Shown here one piece after another: positions 1 to 10,900 of a stretch of 64,000 nt of DNA. Numbering within the stretch: position 1 is the stretch's first letter; the number at the start of each line of letters is the position of its first letter. The notes beneath the pieces were generated by a model, which was not told the origin of the DNA, made no database searches, and worked only from the letters and a program-made list of their open reading frames with translations. Both the position numbers and the translations under genes were made by a program. Location of the stretch: assembly GCA_013416795.1 (NCBI GenBank), contig RQSC01000032.1:281315-345314 (forward strand), written 5' to 3'. The stretch comes from Prasinococcaceae sp. CCMP 1430 (Eukaryota; Plantae; Prasinodermophyta).

Positions 1-632
1 GCGCGGCCTCGGTTGCCGCGGCAGCCAGTGCCTCCGCCCCGGGCGGACGCCGCCGGCGCGCGCGCGTGTGGTGCGCGCGAGCCCGCGGCGCCACGCACCG
101 CACGGGCCTCGGCCCAAAACGCGGAATCGCTCCCCAATTTTCATATTCCGCACGTTCTGACGTCCGAGCCTTCGTGCTGCGCAGAACGGCGGTGAAGGGC
201 GCGCGGGCTGGGCAGCGAAAAACGGCGGTCGGCCACGTCAATCAAATCAATGGGCGCGAATCAGGGTTTGGATATTTGACCCTTACTCTAACGTAACCCA
301 AACGAGGCGACGGTCTCGGTGGCTGGCGCGAGGGCTTGCGCGCGCGCGCGGGCGCGGGCGGCACACACGGGGGCGGCGCCCGCGTGTGGGGGGGAGGGGG
401 ACGGTCGCGGTGGCGATGGCGTCGATCGCGGCGGCAGGCGGTGCGTTGTAGGCCGATGCGCGCGCTCTGGGGTTGGGGCGCGCGCGCGCGCGGCGCGCGC
501 GACAAGCGGCGGCCGCCGGCGGGGCGGCGGGCGTGCTGCGCGCAGTCCGCGGCTGGTGCGGAGGGCGCGCCTGGGTACAAGGGGCGCGCGTGATGCGATC
601 GCGATGTGAGGTGTGAGTGCTGACCCTCATAC

Positions 633-1445
633 GTGCTGCTGTGGCGGGGCCGCCTCTGCCACGCGTCGACGTGCGCGCGGCCGCCCGCAGCGCGCGGAGG
701 CTCTGAAGAGAGCGCGTCGCAACAATCGGTGCGCCGCAGCTCCGCAACGACCGCTGCGAGTGGCCGCACCGTCGCGGCGGGTGCCGGTGCGGCGATCGGT
801 GAACTTGCCGTGTCGGACGACGCGCTCTCAGCGCAGCTCGCGAGTGTGCCCGTCTTTGCGGTGACCAACACAGCTTCGGAGTTCATCCTGGTGGGCGGCG
901 GTGAGGGCGGCGACAGTGACAGGCAGCTGTGCCTGTTCTGCTTCGCCGAGCGTGACGCTCAGGCGCTGCTGGCGACGGTGCAAGCGCGCGACCCGCGAGT
1001 CGGGAAGAGCGCGCGCGTCTCGACCATCGGGCTTGACAAGGTGTACCGTCTCGCATGCGACAGCGCAGGCGCAAGCGACGGCATCGCCTTCCGCTTCGTG
1101 CCGGACTCGCGCGAAGTGAACGCGGCGCTCAAGCTGCAGTCGGAAGCGGGCGGCGACTCTCAGCGCTTCCTTGGCGTGCCCGTCTTCCAGGCCGAGGGGC
1201 TCACCATCCGCGCCGCCGGCCGCAAGTACCTGCCCATCTTCTTCTCTTACTCAGCTGCCGTGAGCGCTGCGCAGGCCGCGTACTCGAAAATGCCTGGCCG
1301 CGCCGCGGCGACGCCCAAGGTCGAGGTTGGGTCCTTCGAGAGTGTCGCCCGGGCCATGGAGGAGGCTGCCGAGGGCTCCGATTGGGGTTCGGTGCTCTTC
1401 GTTCCCGCAGGTAGCGACCTTATGAACAAGCTGCTTGGCGCTTAA
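633..1445 (+). CDS. TIC22: Tic22-like plastid intermembrane-space import chaperone (true start probably in upstream exon(s), e.g. ATG near 415)
   Basis: LASVPVFAVTN..., LCLFCFAERDAQALL, VSTIGLDKVY, FRFVPDSREV, GVPVFQAEGLTI and RKYLPIFFS match the Tic22 family; Ala/Arg-rich N-terminus resembles a transit peptide. Confidence 0.85.
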   Translation: MLLWRGRLCHASTCARPPAARGGSEESASQQSVRRSSATTAASGRTVAAGAGAAIGELAVSDDALSAQLASVPVFAVTNTASEFILVGGGEGGDSDRQLCLFCFAERDAQALLATVQARDPRVGKSARVSTIGLDKVYRLACDSAGASDGIAFRFVPDSREVNAALKLQSEAGGDSQRFLGVPVFQAEGLTIRAAGRKYLPIFFSYSAAVSAAQAAYSKMPGRAAATPKVEVGSFESVARAMEEAAEGSDWGSVLFVPAGSDLMNKLLGA

Positions 1446-1590
1446 AAGGCACATGCGTCTATGGCACCTCACACACACACGCGCGCGCACTGCGCTGCGG
1501 CCGAGCAGCAGCAAGAGCTTGCTCATGGCGGAGAGTATTATTTGGCACGTCAGCGGCTAGCACCCGCCCGCCCGCCTGCCCGCCCGCACG

Positions 1591-4500
1591 TCAGCCACCG
1601 CCACGCAGCACCGCGTCGGTGGCGCGCGGCAGTGCCGCGGCGACGGCGGGCTGCGATGCGTATCGCCGCGCGGGCGCGCGCAGGTCGGGCACCTTGCGCA
1701 GCGCCTCAGAGAGCGCCTGCGGCGGTAGCTTGAGCAGCACCGGCATGCTCTGCGGATTCGCCTGCAGCACGCATCGAAGGAAGCCCTCCCAGACCTTGGG
1801 CATGCTCCAGACTTGCCTGTTGACGAGCCTGCCCAGAAGCTCCATGGCAAAGCCCGAGAGCTTGGGGAACGCCTGCAGCGCCTGCATGAGCGTGCGCATG
1901 CTCAGCAACGGCACTGGATCCATCGCCACCAGCCGCTGCAGCGCTGCGGCGACTTCTTGCGACGAGAAAACTTCGCGCATGGGTGCCGATGCGCACACGT
2001 TGAGCGCCTCCATGGCGCGCTTGAGGGGCAGTTTGTGCCGCGCAAGGTCGAGCGTGTGCAGCTCGACCATGGCGTCAGCCGCCGACAAGAGCGGTGCGCC
2101 GCCGCCAGGGGGCTGAAGTAGGCGCGTGAGCGCCTGCCGCAGAGCGGGCGCGCTCAGCTCGCACAGACGCGGCAACACCTCGTCAAGCTCGGCGCGCGTG
2201 AGCGCGTGCATGACGGGCACCACGTAGTGCGCGTCGCGCGTGCGCGCAAACGCGTCACGCACGCAAGCCATGAGCGCCTCGGGCGGCGAGCCTTGAGAGG
2301 CCTCCGCGGCTATGTGGAGCGCCTGCAGCGCAAGCGGCTCGGCGCCCTTGGGCGGTCCGGCCACCAGCGCGAGCAGCGGCTCCGATGTGGGGCCGAGCGT
2401 GCGGCACAGACCAGGCATGGAGCGCTGGAAGATCTGCCGCACGGGCTTGGGCGCCCCCGCGTACGCCTTGGCGACCTCTTCGAGCATGGCGGGCTTGCGC
2501 ACGCACAGCGCCAGCGCGAGCTGGATCTTCTGGCGCGCCTGCTCAGCGGCGGCGGTCGCCTCCTCGCTTTCCTCCGCCGCGACGTCCGGAGCCGAGCCCT
2601 CCTTTGAGGCGTCTGCCATCATCTGCAAGGCAAAGGCCTCCACGATGGGTACGAGGTGCGCCTGGGTGAAGAGCTTGTTTGAAATGAGGCGGATGGCCTT
2701 GGAGCGCACGGAGTCGTCCGGCCCCACGGCCGCCTCGAGGCATATCATCAAGCAGCGCTGGCGCACGGGCGGGCGGTGAAGCACGAGATCACGCAGGGTG
2801 CTCAGCCCCAGCGTCGACCGCTCGCCGCCTTGTTGCCGATCCTCCTCGCCGCCAGCGCACAGCGACTTCAGCAGCTTGAAGATACTGGCGGGGAGGGCAG
2901 GCGCTTCCATCAGCATCTGTGGCAACGCGCGGCTGGTCGGCGGCAGGCGCTCGAGCAAGCCGTTCGCCGCGGCCTCAAGCAACGCGTCGTATGCAGCACC
3001 GCCAACCGCCCGCCCGCGCGAGACGTCTTCGCCACCAGCCTTGGACGTTGCGAGCTGGTGCCGCGCGTAAGCGTCATACAGGGTCTGAAGGAGCAAAGTG
3101 TGCCCGTCCCTGCCGCCATAGTCCCCCAGTAGGTAGTCGAGCAGAGCCTGTTGGTTGTGGTGCTCGTCTGCCTCTCCGTCCTCCGCCCTGCCAGCACCCT
3201 TGGAGGCCTCAAACTCGTCGAAACGCCCTGCGAGGCGCGGGAGCAGCGCAAACCACACGCGGGAGGCCCCACATCGCGCCACGCGCTCCTGCGAGCTCAA
3301 CATGCGCTCAAGCGCCGCACGCCGGTGCTTGGATCGCTCCTCCGGCGCCAGCGCGGGCGCGACGAGAGCCCGCGGGCCCTGCTTCACCGACGCGGGCGCC
3401 CCGCCCGCCCCTTCCTGCGCCGCCTCGGCACCCCCCACCGCGCCTGCCGCGGCGGCCTCCTCAGCCCTAGCCAGCCGCGGGTCGCGCCGTCTGCGCGGAT
3501 CGCGCGCCGCCTCCACCTTGGGCATGTCCTTCGTCACGTGCGCCATCACCTGCGCCACAGGATCGGGCGCACCTACCGGCGGCGCGTACGTCTGTTGCTG
3601 GTCTGCAAACGCGGTCAGGTTTGCCATGACAAATTCGGCGAGCACGTCCGCGGGCAACTTCTCCACCAGCGTAAGCAGCTGCGGCCTCGCAGCCTCGCCG
3701 CCCTGCACAAGCACCATTACGCTCGCCATGAGCTGCAAGCGAGCCTCCTCCGGCGTCGTGCCCGCGGTCTGCCCGATACCCCCAAAGCCCGTGCGCGCAC
3801 GCTTCGAGTCGCCCGCCTCCTCCTCCTCGCGCTTGCGCTTCGCTTCGCGTTCGCTGGCCTCGCGCTGCGCCTTGCGGTCCGCGCGCCGCGCGGACATGAC
3901 GGCGGCCTCCGCCTGGTCCCCATTCCCCACGGCGATCAGCGCCTGCGCAAGCACGCCCCGCGAGTATGGCGCCTGGGGGCCCGTCGAGCCCTTGATGAGC
4001 GCAATGAGCGATCTGTGAAGCGCGTGGCTGACACTTCCGGCGGCCGCCCGCGACCCGTCGGATGCGGCGTCGCGCACGCTTCCAGCGCTCGCCGCCGCCA
4101 GCGCCTCCGCGCACTGCCGTAGCAGCTGCGGCCGCCGCGTGCCGATGCGCTCCGCGCTGCCGATCGCGGTGATGAGCAGCTGTGACCGCAGCGCGCCTCC
4201 GCCTCCACCACCAACCTTAAGCACGGAGAGGAGCCTGACCATGTAGTCTGTTGCGAGCTCCATGAGCGTCGAAGGCGCTACGAGAGGATGGCTTTCCTCG
4301 AGGAGGCTCACGTTGAACTCAGTCTTCACGGTGAGCGCCCCCGCGTCGGCCGCCGGCGTGAAGAGCAAGACCACCTGCTCGACGAGCTTCGCCGCATGCA
4401 TGCGCACCGCATCTGGTCGGCCCTCGGCTACACCAGCGGTGGCGGCGTCGAGCAGCGCGCGCAGTGAGGCCCACAGCGCGGGCGCCTCCTCATCCGAGGG

Positions 4501-5198
4501 CGACGGCACAAGCAGCCCAACGAGCATCGCCATGCCAACGCGTACCATCTTTCCCGCCGCGACGAGCGCTCGCTTGGCCACCTTGGGCGTAGCATCGCAC
4601 GCGAGGTGCGCCACCGTGGGCAGCGCCGCCTGCAGGTACTGCCGGTGCCTGCATTTGTGTTTTGCGGGCGTGGGCACATGCGAGCGAACGCGTGATCGCG
4701 GTGGGGCGCCGGCCATCCACTGGCGCGTCAGAGATCGGCGCAGGGCACACTCGCACACGATCGCGGGCACGGATCGCCCGCCAGTGAGCGCGCTGGCGCC
4801 GAGAAGGCTGCGGGCCCGCACCGCAGGGCGATGATCACAGGCCGGCGAGGCGCGTGACGAGGCGCGTGGCGGGGCACTGGGCGCCTGCAAGCAGTCGCTT
4901 AGGTTTCGGCCGCGGCGGCGCGCGGCGCCGCGCAGCAGCACCCGGGGCGCGCGTCGCACCTCCCAACAGTGGCATCGACGAAGTCAACGAGCCAGACGCG
5001 CACCTCCGGCGATCCGGAGGCCGCCAGCTCCAGCGCCGCCGGCAGGAACTCACGCAGCAGGTACGGCTCCTTCTCGAGCGCGAGCTCGCGCAGCCGCCCG
5101 AGCGGCTCGAGCGCCGCTTTCGCGTCATGCGCCGCGAGCTGCGCATCGTTCAGCAGCCGGACGGCCAGCGCGCGACCGCGCAGCGCGGGCGCCGCCAT
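1591..5198 (-). CDS. SYMPK: Symplekin (CPSF/CstF scaffold); exons 5198-4960 and 4648-1591
   Basis: N-terminal HEAT-like LLREFLPAALEL..EVRVWLVDFV; C-terminal symplekin domain PLLSMRTLMQALQAFPKLSGFAMELLGRLVNRQVWSMPKVWEGFLRC; GT (4959)/AG (4649) intron restores the frame. Confidence 0.9.
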
Positions 5199-5608
5199 CG
5201 CCACGACTCCCCGACCACCACCGCCCTCGCGCCGCGGGCGGGGCACACGCGAGCGCCGGGGCGCGCCGCTTCGCCGCGCTCCCACCCCCCCCAAAACCAA
5301 CTCTGGCCCGACCGAGCGAGCTTTCGCCCCCCGCCGGCGCGTTCGACCGAAACCGCGCGCGCGCGCTCCCATGGAACCGGCGCTGGCTGGGCGCTCCGAT
5401 GGGGCGGGGCGCCGCGCGGGTGCGGCGCCCGGCGCGTGGCGAAGCGGCGGAGCGCGTGCATCTGGCGGCGAGGAAGGGGCAGTGGTAGAGAGGGGGTCAT
5501 GCAGCCACGCGCGGCTCGGATCGGCTGACGCGCTTGTCCTTGCGCGCGCATTGCGGGCTCTGCCCGGCTCCCTGCCATTGCCCATTGGCAATCGCGCACA
5601 TCGCGCAG

Positions 5609-6007
5609 GAGACACTGCAGCAAAATGTCGAGCAATTCCTCACGCGCGTGGACAGGGAGCTGCAGCGACCACTCCTCAAGCGCTCGTTCGAGGCGTGCGC
5701 CAAGTGCGCATCGAACAGCCGCGCGAGCATGACAGAGTTCCAGCAGTGTCTTGCCGCTGCGCGCGAGCCGGTCGCTCGCGCCGAGGCGGCGCTCAACAAC
5801 GAGATGAACGCGCTGCAGCAGCGGCTGCAGCGCTGCTCCCTGCAGTGCCAGGACAAGCTCGACGATAACCTGCCCGCCGGCCGGCAGCCGACCAAGGCAG
5901 AGCAGGAGAAGCTCACTGCCGGGCTAACCAAGTGCGTCGACGCGTGCTCGCAGGACGGCATCAAGGCCCTGGGGCCCGTGTGGGATCGCCTCAAGGCAGC
6001 CAAGTGA
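5609..6007 (+). CDS. FAM136A: FAM136A/DUF842 twin-Cys mitochondrial protein (main exon; first exon upstream uncertain)
   Basis: SFEACAKC...FQQCLAAAREPV..AE...NEMNALQQRLQRCSLQCQDK...CVDAC Cys spacing typical of DUF842; acceptor cgcag at 5604-5608. Confidence 0.8.
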   Translation, partial: ETLQQNVEQFLTRVDRELQRPLLKRSFEACAKCASNSRASMTEFQQCLAAAREPVARAEAALNNEMNALQQRLQRCSLQCQDKLDDNLPAGRQPTKAEQEKLTAGLTKCVDACSQDGIKALGPVWDRLKAAK

Positions 6008-6206
6008 GGCTTCGCCTCCGGCCCATTCGTTTTTTTGTCAATTATTCTTTCCTCCACTCGTAGCGGTGGCGCCAAGCGCGCCGACGCACGCTCGAGGAGC
6101 AGCCGCCTCGGCGCGAGGCGCGTGGGTCGCTAACAACAAATATTATACCCGTGCCGCGTCGACGAGCGCGGACCTCGTCGACGATTCGTTCATCAGAAGC
6201 GAGCCA

Positions 6207-7544
6207 TCAGTGCGCCTCGGGGGCATTGCAGCCTCGCACGACGACGACAGGCGTCTGCTCCTCTCCGTTGCCCGCCGGATTGGGTCGCAGCGCCTCTGTG
6301 AGCTTAGAGGTGTCAACGCCCTCACTAGCCGCCAGGATCTTCACACGCTTGAGGTCGTTCACGTCCACAATCGCCACGCCGCATCCCACCGCCTCTGCCA
6401 TGCGCTCCACCTCGTCCTCCACCCGCGTCGGGCCGAGGCAGACGAACTGATCGTACGGCGGGAGCGTGCCGGACACGTCGTCGATCAGTGGCGCCTGCCG
6501 CCCTGCCAGGCGGTAGAAGACGCCGCGCATGCGCAGCAGCACGCGTGCGGCGGCCGCCGCGAGCGCCGCGAACGCCACGCGCCACGCTCCGGCGACATCG
6601 ACGAGCGCCTGCATGCCACACGCCGTCGCCAGGCTCGAGGTCGGGTGGAAGACCAGGCAGGCCAGCCGCGCGACGAGGCCCGGCCGGATGCCCTCGGGGT
6701 GGCGCACACGGCCCTGCATGACGGCCAAGGGTGTCTCTCCGATGGCAACGACGTCATCCGGGCGCGCGACGGGGCAGGCGTACCGTCTCGCGACCTCGGC
6801 GGGATCGTCCAGGTGGCAGAGCATGTGCGTGCGTACGGGAACCACGCCAGAGGAGCCATCGTCGGCGGCGGGAGCGGCCGAGGGAGGCTCCGGAAACTGA
6901 AGCGGTAGCACGACGTGCTGCGCGTGGTGCGTGCGGCCGTGCGGGCCATATGCCACATATGCCACGCGTAGCCACACGGCGGTGAGCTGATCGAGCGCCG
7001 CCGCCGCCGTGGCCTTCACCGTCACCTCGAGCAGCGCGTCCGTCGCCGAGCCAGCCTCAACGATGTATGGCATCCAGTACCCGTCAGGCCGCGGCCGCGC
7101 ATCGCCGTAGCCAACAAAGTGGTCGGGCGTGACGCGAACGCGCACGTCCACGCCCTCGATCGACGCGTCGCTAAGCACTTGCACGCTCGGCTTGACTTCG
7201 TTCACGAAGAGCTCGCGGCGGCGGGTGATGTTGTGGAAGCGCATCCGCCCCTTCAGAGTGAGCGCCGCAGAGCCGGGGCCGCGCTCGAGCTCCCACGCCC
7301 CGCGCGTGAGCACGAGGCCGTCGCCGAGATTCGGATTGCCGCCGATGATCCGCTCACGCTCACCAGCAAGCCAGCCCGACGAGACGGACTCGACGTCCGC
7401 CGTGTCCCTGCCGTACGTGGTTGGCCCGCCGCCCCCGCCCCGCGCGCCTGCTGCGAGCGCACACGCGCGGCGGCCTCGAGCGGCGAGCCGCACCCGCAGT
7501 CGCGGCGGGGTCGGCAGCGCGATCGGGGGCGCCGCCGCCGCCAT
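6207..7544 (-). CDS. F420-0:gamma-glutamyl ligase (CofE)-like protein, cyanobacterial type, with probable transit peptide
   Basis: VVPVRTH, DVVAIGETPLAVMQGR, SSLATACGMQALVD, FYRLAG.QA.LIDDVSGTLPPYDQ, GVAIVDVNDL, NPAGNGEEQTPVV. Confidence 0.75.
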   Translation of the reverse strand: MAAAAPPIALPTPPRLRVRLAARGRRACALAAGARGGGGGPTTYGRDTADVESVSSGWLAGERERIIGGNPNLGDGLVLTRGAWELERGPGSAALTLKGRMRFHNITRRRELFVNEVKPSVQVLSDASIEGVDVRVRVTPDHFVGYGDARPRPDGYWMPYIVEAGSATDALLEVTVKATAAAALDQLTAVWLRVAYVAYGPHGRTHHAQHVVLPLQFPEPPSAAPAADDGSSGVVPVRTHMLCHLDDPAEVARRYACPVARPDDVVAIGETPLAVMQGRVRHPEGIRPGLVARLACLVFHPTSSLATACGMQALVDVAGAWRVAFAALAAAAARVLLRMRGVFYRLAGRQAPLIDDVSGTLPPYDQFVCLGPTRVEDEVERMAEAVGCGVAIVDVNDLKRVKILAASEGVDTSKLTEALRPNPAGNGEEQTPVVVVRGCNAPEAH

Positions 7545-7996
7545 CGGCTGTCAGCGAGTTGGCGGGATGGGGGCGTGAGAGGTGTTGCGGGGGGGAGGGT
7601 GGGTGGGTGGGGGGCGGGGAGCGCGCGCCGTGTCGCAGCAGGCGCGCGCGGCGCGCACATTCGATCCTCGGCGCCCACACGTATCAAAATCAATCGAACT
7701 TTGGCTGTTCATTTTGACCTGCTGCGGCGAGCGGCCGCGCGTTGCAGAAGCGCAGCTTCCGTATCTGCCCGCGAGCGGCCCAGCAAAGGCCTTCGATCGT
7801 CAATGCTGCCGTAGGCGTGCTGGCGGCACTGCACGCCTCGGCAGGCGCCGGCCCGCGCACGCGACGGCGCCAAGCGCTTGGCACAGGCACAGCACGCAAG
7901 CGCAGTCGGTGAGGGTGCCGCCGACGAGGAAGCGCGGCACGGGCTGTTCAAAAGGAACCAAAAAGTAATCGTAAAAATAAATCGAGGGGGCGCCAG

Positions 7997-10900
7997 TCAG
8001 AGTCTTGCTGGCTCACGGCGCACACGCACAGCGCCTTCGAGGATGTAGCTCGCAGCATGTGCACGCGACGCGACGAGCGAAGGGGCGCCTACCCTCTGCC
8101 GCTCAGCAATGCAAGGGCCGCCCTCGAGAAGCAACCAAGGATCAACCGCCCCGATCGAGGCACCGACGGGGCGCTTTCCTGGCGCACTCGGTGCTGACGC
8201 TGTCCGCGGCAACGAAGCCGAGCAGCGACGGCGGACCGCCTCTGGCAGAGGAAGGTCGCCCATGAGAGATGCTAGTGCTTTCAGGTCATCGGTGTTGGCG
8301 GCAACCTCGCGGAGCACGCGGCCGGCGCTGAGCCATGCCGCCCAGTGCTGGTCGAGGAGGGCGTGCAATACTGACATCAGCCGATCCGGCAGGCTCTCAG
8401 CCGACGACGCGGCGAACGCTGACAGCGCAGAGATACGCTCGTATGCGCTGCGAGTCGCAACGTCGGTCGCGCCATCACTCGCCCCGTGCACTCCAGCAGC
8501 ACTCTCGGCAGCCGCGGCAGCCGTGGTCGCGACGCCGACGTCGGGCGACGCGTGCACCGCATTCGAGCTCAGCGCCCTCAGTGTGGCAGCCGCGAGGCGG
8601 GCTCGCAGCTTTGACTTGGGCGTGTCTTTGCGCACAAGCGGCAGCAGTGGCGCCAGCATCTGAAGTCGCACCCACAGCGAGCACTGCACGCCTGAAGGAG
8701 GCCCAATGCCCCGAGCCGACTTGCGCCCCAGCTGGCTGCGCATTTTGAGGCCTCCTCGGGCTGTGCCGCTCTGCTCGGCAACCATGCGTCCGCACAGGCG
8801 TTCGAGCTGGCCAACCAAGCCCTCGGCGAAGGTGCGCTGGTCGTTGGCCGTCAGCCCGCCGCGGCTCAGGAGTGCCAGTAGCAGCGAGACAAGCGCGCGC
8901 TCATGGCCGAAGGCCCCGGCAGCGGGCAAGCAGGCCTCGGCAGCAGCCATGACGGTGGCAGGATCCTTCCCGCCTTCGCCCAAGGCCGCGCGTGCTATGG
9001 CAACGACGAGTGGGGCGCGCCCCATGAGCTGCTCATCCTGATCGAGCAGGCTGTTGCCCTCCTTGAGCACGGCAGGCACCAGCTCCTTGTTCAGCGGCGC
9101 CAGCGCGAGCACGACCTCGCATAGGATCACCGTCGATTCCGCCGAGCGCAGGAGGAGCTTCATAAGCGCACGCGTGAACGACGCAGTGCCCTTTTCAAGC
9201 AGCGATTCGATCGCCAGATGCAAGCAGGCCACGCTCGCTTCGAACGTCTCCCAAGACACTCCCTCAAGTAGTGAGAGAACGGAAGCGGCAGCGTCCTGCC
9301 CGCCCGCGGCGACGGCGGTGCCGGTCAACGCCAGCATGGTGTGCAGCGCGCTCGTGTTGTCGGTTTGGCCGGCGAGCGAGCGAGCCAGCGAGAGCGGGTC
9401 GAGCATGGCAGCACACCTCGGCCCGGGTGAGATCATCAACGCATTCAGCGTGCTTGCAGCACCCTCAACCCCTTCGCCCATCGTGCTCAGCGCGTTGAGC
9501 GGCATCGCAAGGGCCGCGGCGGGAAGCACGCAGCGGTGCCGAAGTAGAGCAGCACGGTCGCTCGCGCTCATCAGCAGCGCCATTGAGTGCTCCGCCTGTA
9601 CGGTGCGATCCTTGGCGTTGTTCACCTCGTTGTTCGACGGGGGAGGAGGCACCGTTGCCGTCACCAGCAGGAGGCGCCACCAGAACACTGCAGTCGCAGA
9701 CGCCGTCGCGCTCGCGTTGGGGGCGTATGCGGCAGCAATCGCCGTGCTGAGCGACGCGAAGCCGCGCGCGACGCTCGCGCCGGCGATTGCCGTCGCAGCA
9801 CCGATGAGGTACGCCGACCGGGCGCCAGCGTCTCCGGTGGTATCTGCAGGAGAGCACGCGGTCGCTGCGTCGAAGAGCGCCTGCATACCCCTCCACTCGC
9901 ATTCGGAGGCCGCCTCGAGGCCGCCCAGAGCGCCGGCACGAATGCTGCACGCGACGAGGGTCGCCGCCGTCGTTTCGACGACCCGCCGACCATCCACGGA
10001 TCCCCAGGCCTCGGAGACCTTCAGAGCTTCGCTGAGAGCGGCCATGGCACCGTGCGCAGCGGCGGTGGCAGCCAGGGCAGGGTCTGTTGCCGCGCCGAGG
10101 GCCGCCAGCACGCGATCCGCACCTGCTGCAGCGGCATCTTGCTTGCCCGCTTGTGCCCAGGCCGACAGTGCGCCAGCCGCGCTCAGCACGAGCTCAGAGG
10201 GAATCGCGGTTGGCCTCGGCTGGTCTTTGCACGCCGCCGCGATTGCGGCCACATTGGCTTCATCGCCCCTGCTGACTGCCTGTGCCTTCGCCAATTCGTC
10301 CGCGCCGTGCTTGCCCAGCTGGCGCAGCCAGGCGGCCTCCTGCGGCGACGGGGCATCCTTGCTGGACGGCTGCGTTGAGTATCTCGCACTGCTCACTGAC
10401 GCGACAAGGACGCTCAGCAGCCGCGAGGCGACGCCGCTCGAGCTTCCCTGCGTTGCCGCCTCACGATTAAGGGCCGCGGCCAAGCCGAGTGCACTATCCA
10501 GAGCTGGCATCAGCTCCCCTGTAGCGGCGAGGACGTCTGCCTGGCTCGCGAGCGTCGCCGCAACGGACGACAGCATGTAGCCGAGCTTGGCTTCGGCGCT
10601 AGCGGCGGCCTCCCTGCTCGCGCACGCCTCAGCCTTGACATGATCCAGAATCCGCAGAGCAATCGAGGCGGACGTGCGGTGTTGCCCGAGCGAGTCAAGC
10701 ACCGCCGCCATTTGGCTGGCCACATCGTCTGGAAGAGTGGCCAGATTGCCAAGAGAGTCATTGAGAGCGTGAGCAAGGCGCTTCGCCGCACGGTGCGCTC
10801 GCGAAGGTCGCACGCGCCAGAGGTCGAGCAACAGGCGCGCTTCTGACGTCGCACCGCCAACGTCTGCAAAGCCGCTGACCAGGCTAACTTTCGGCACACG

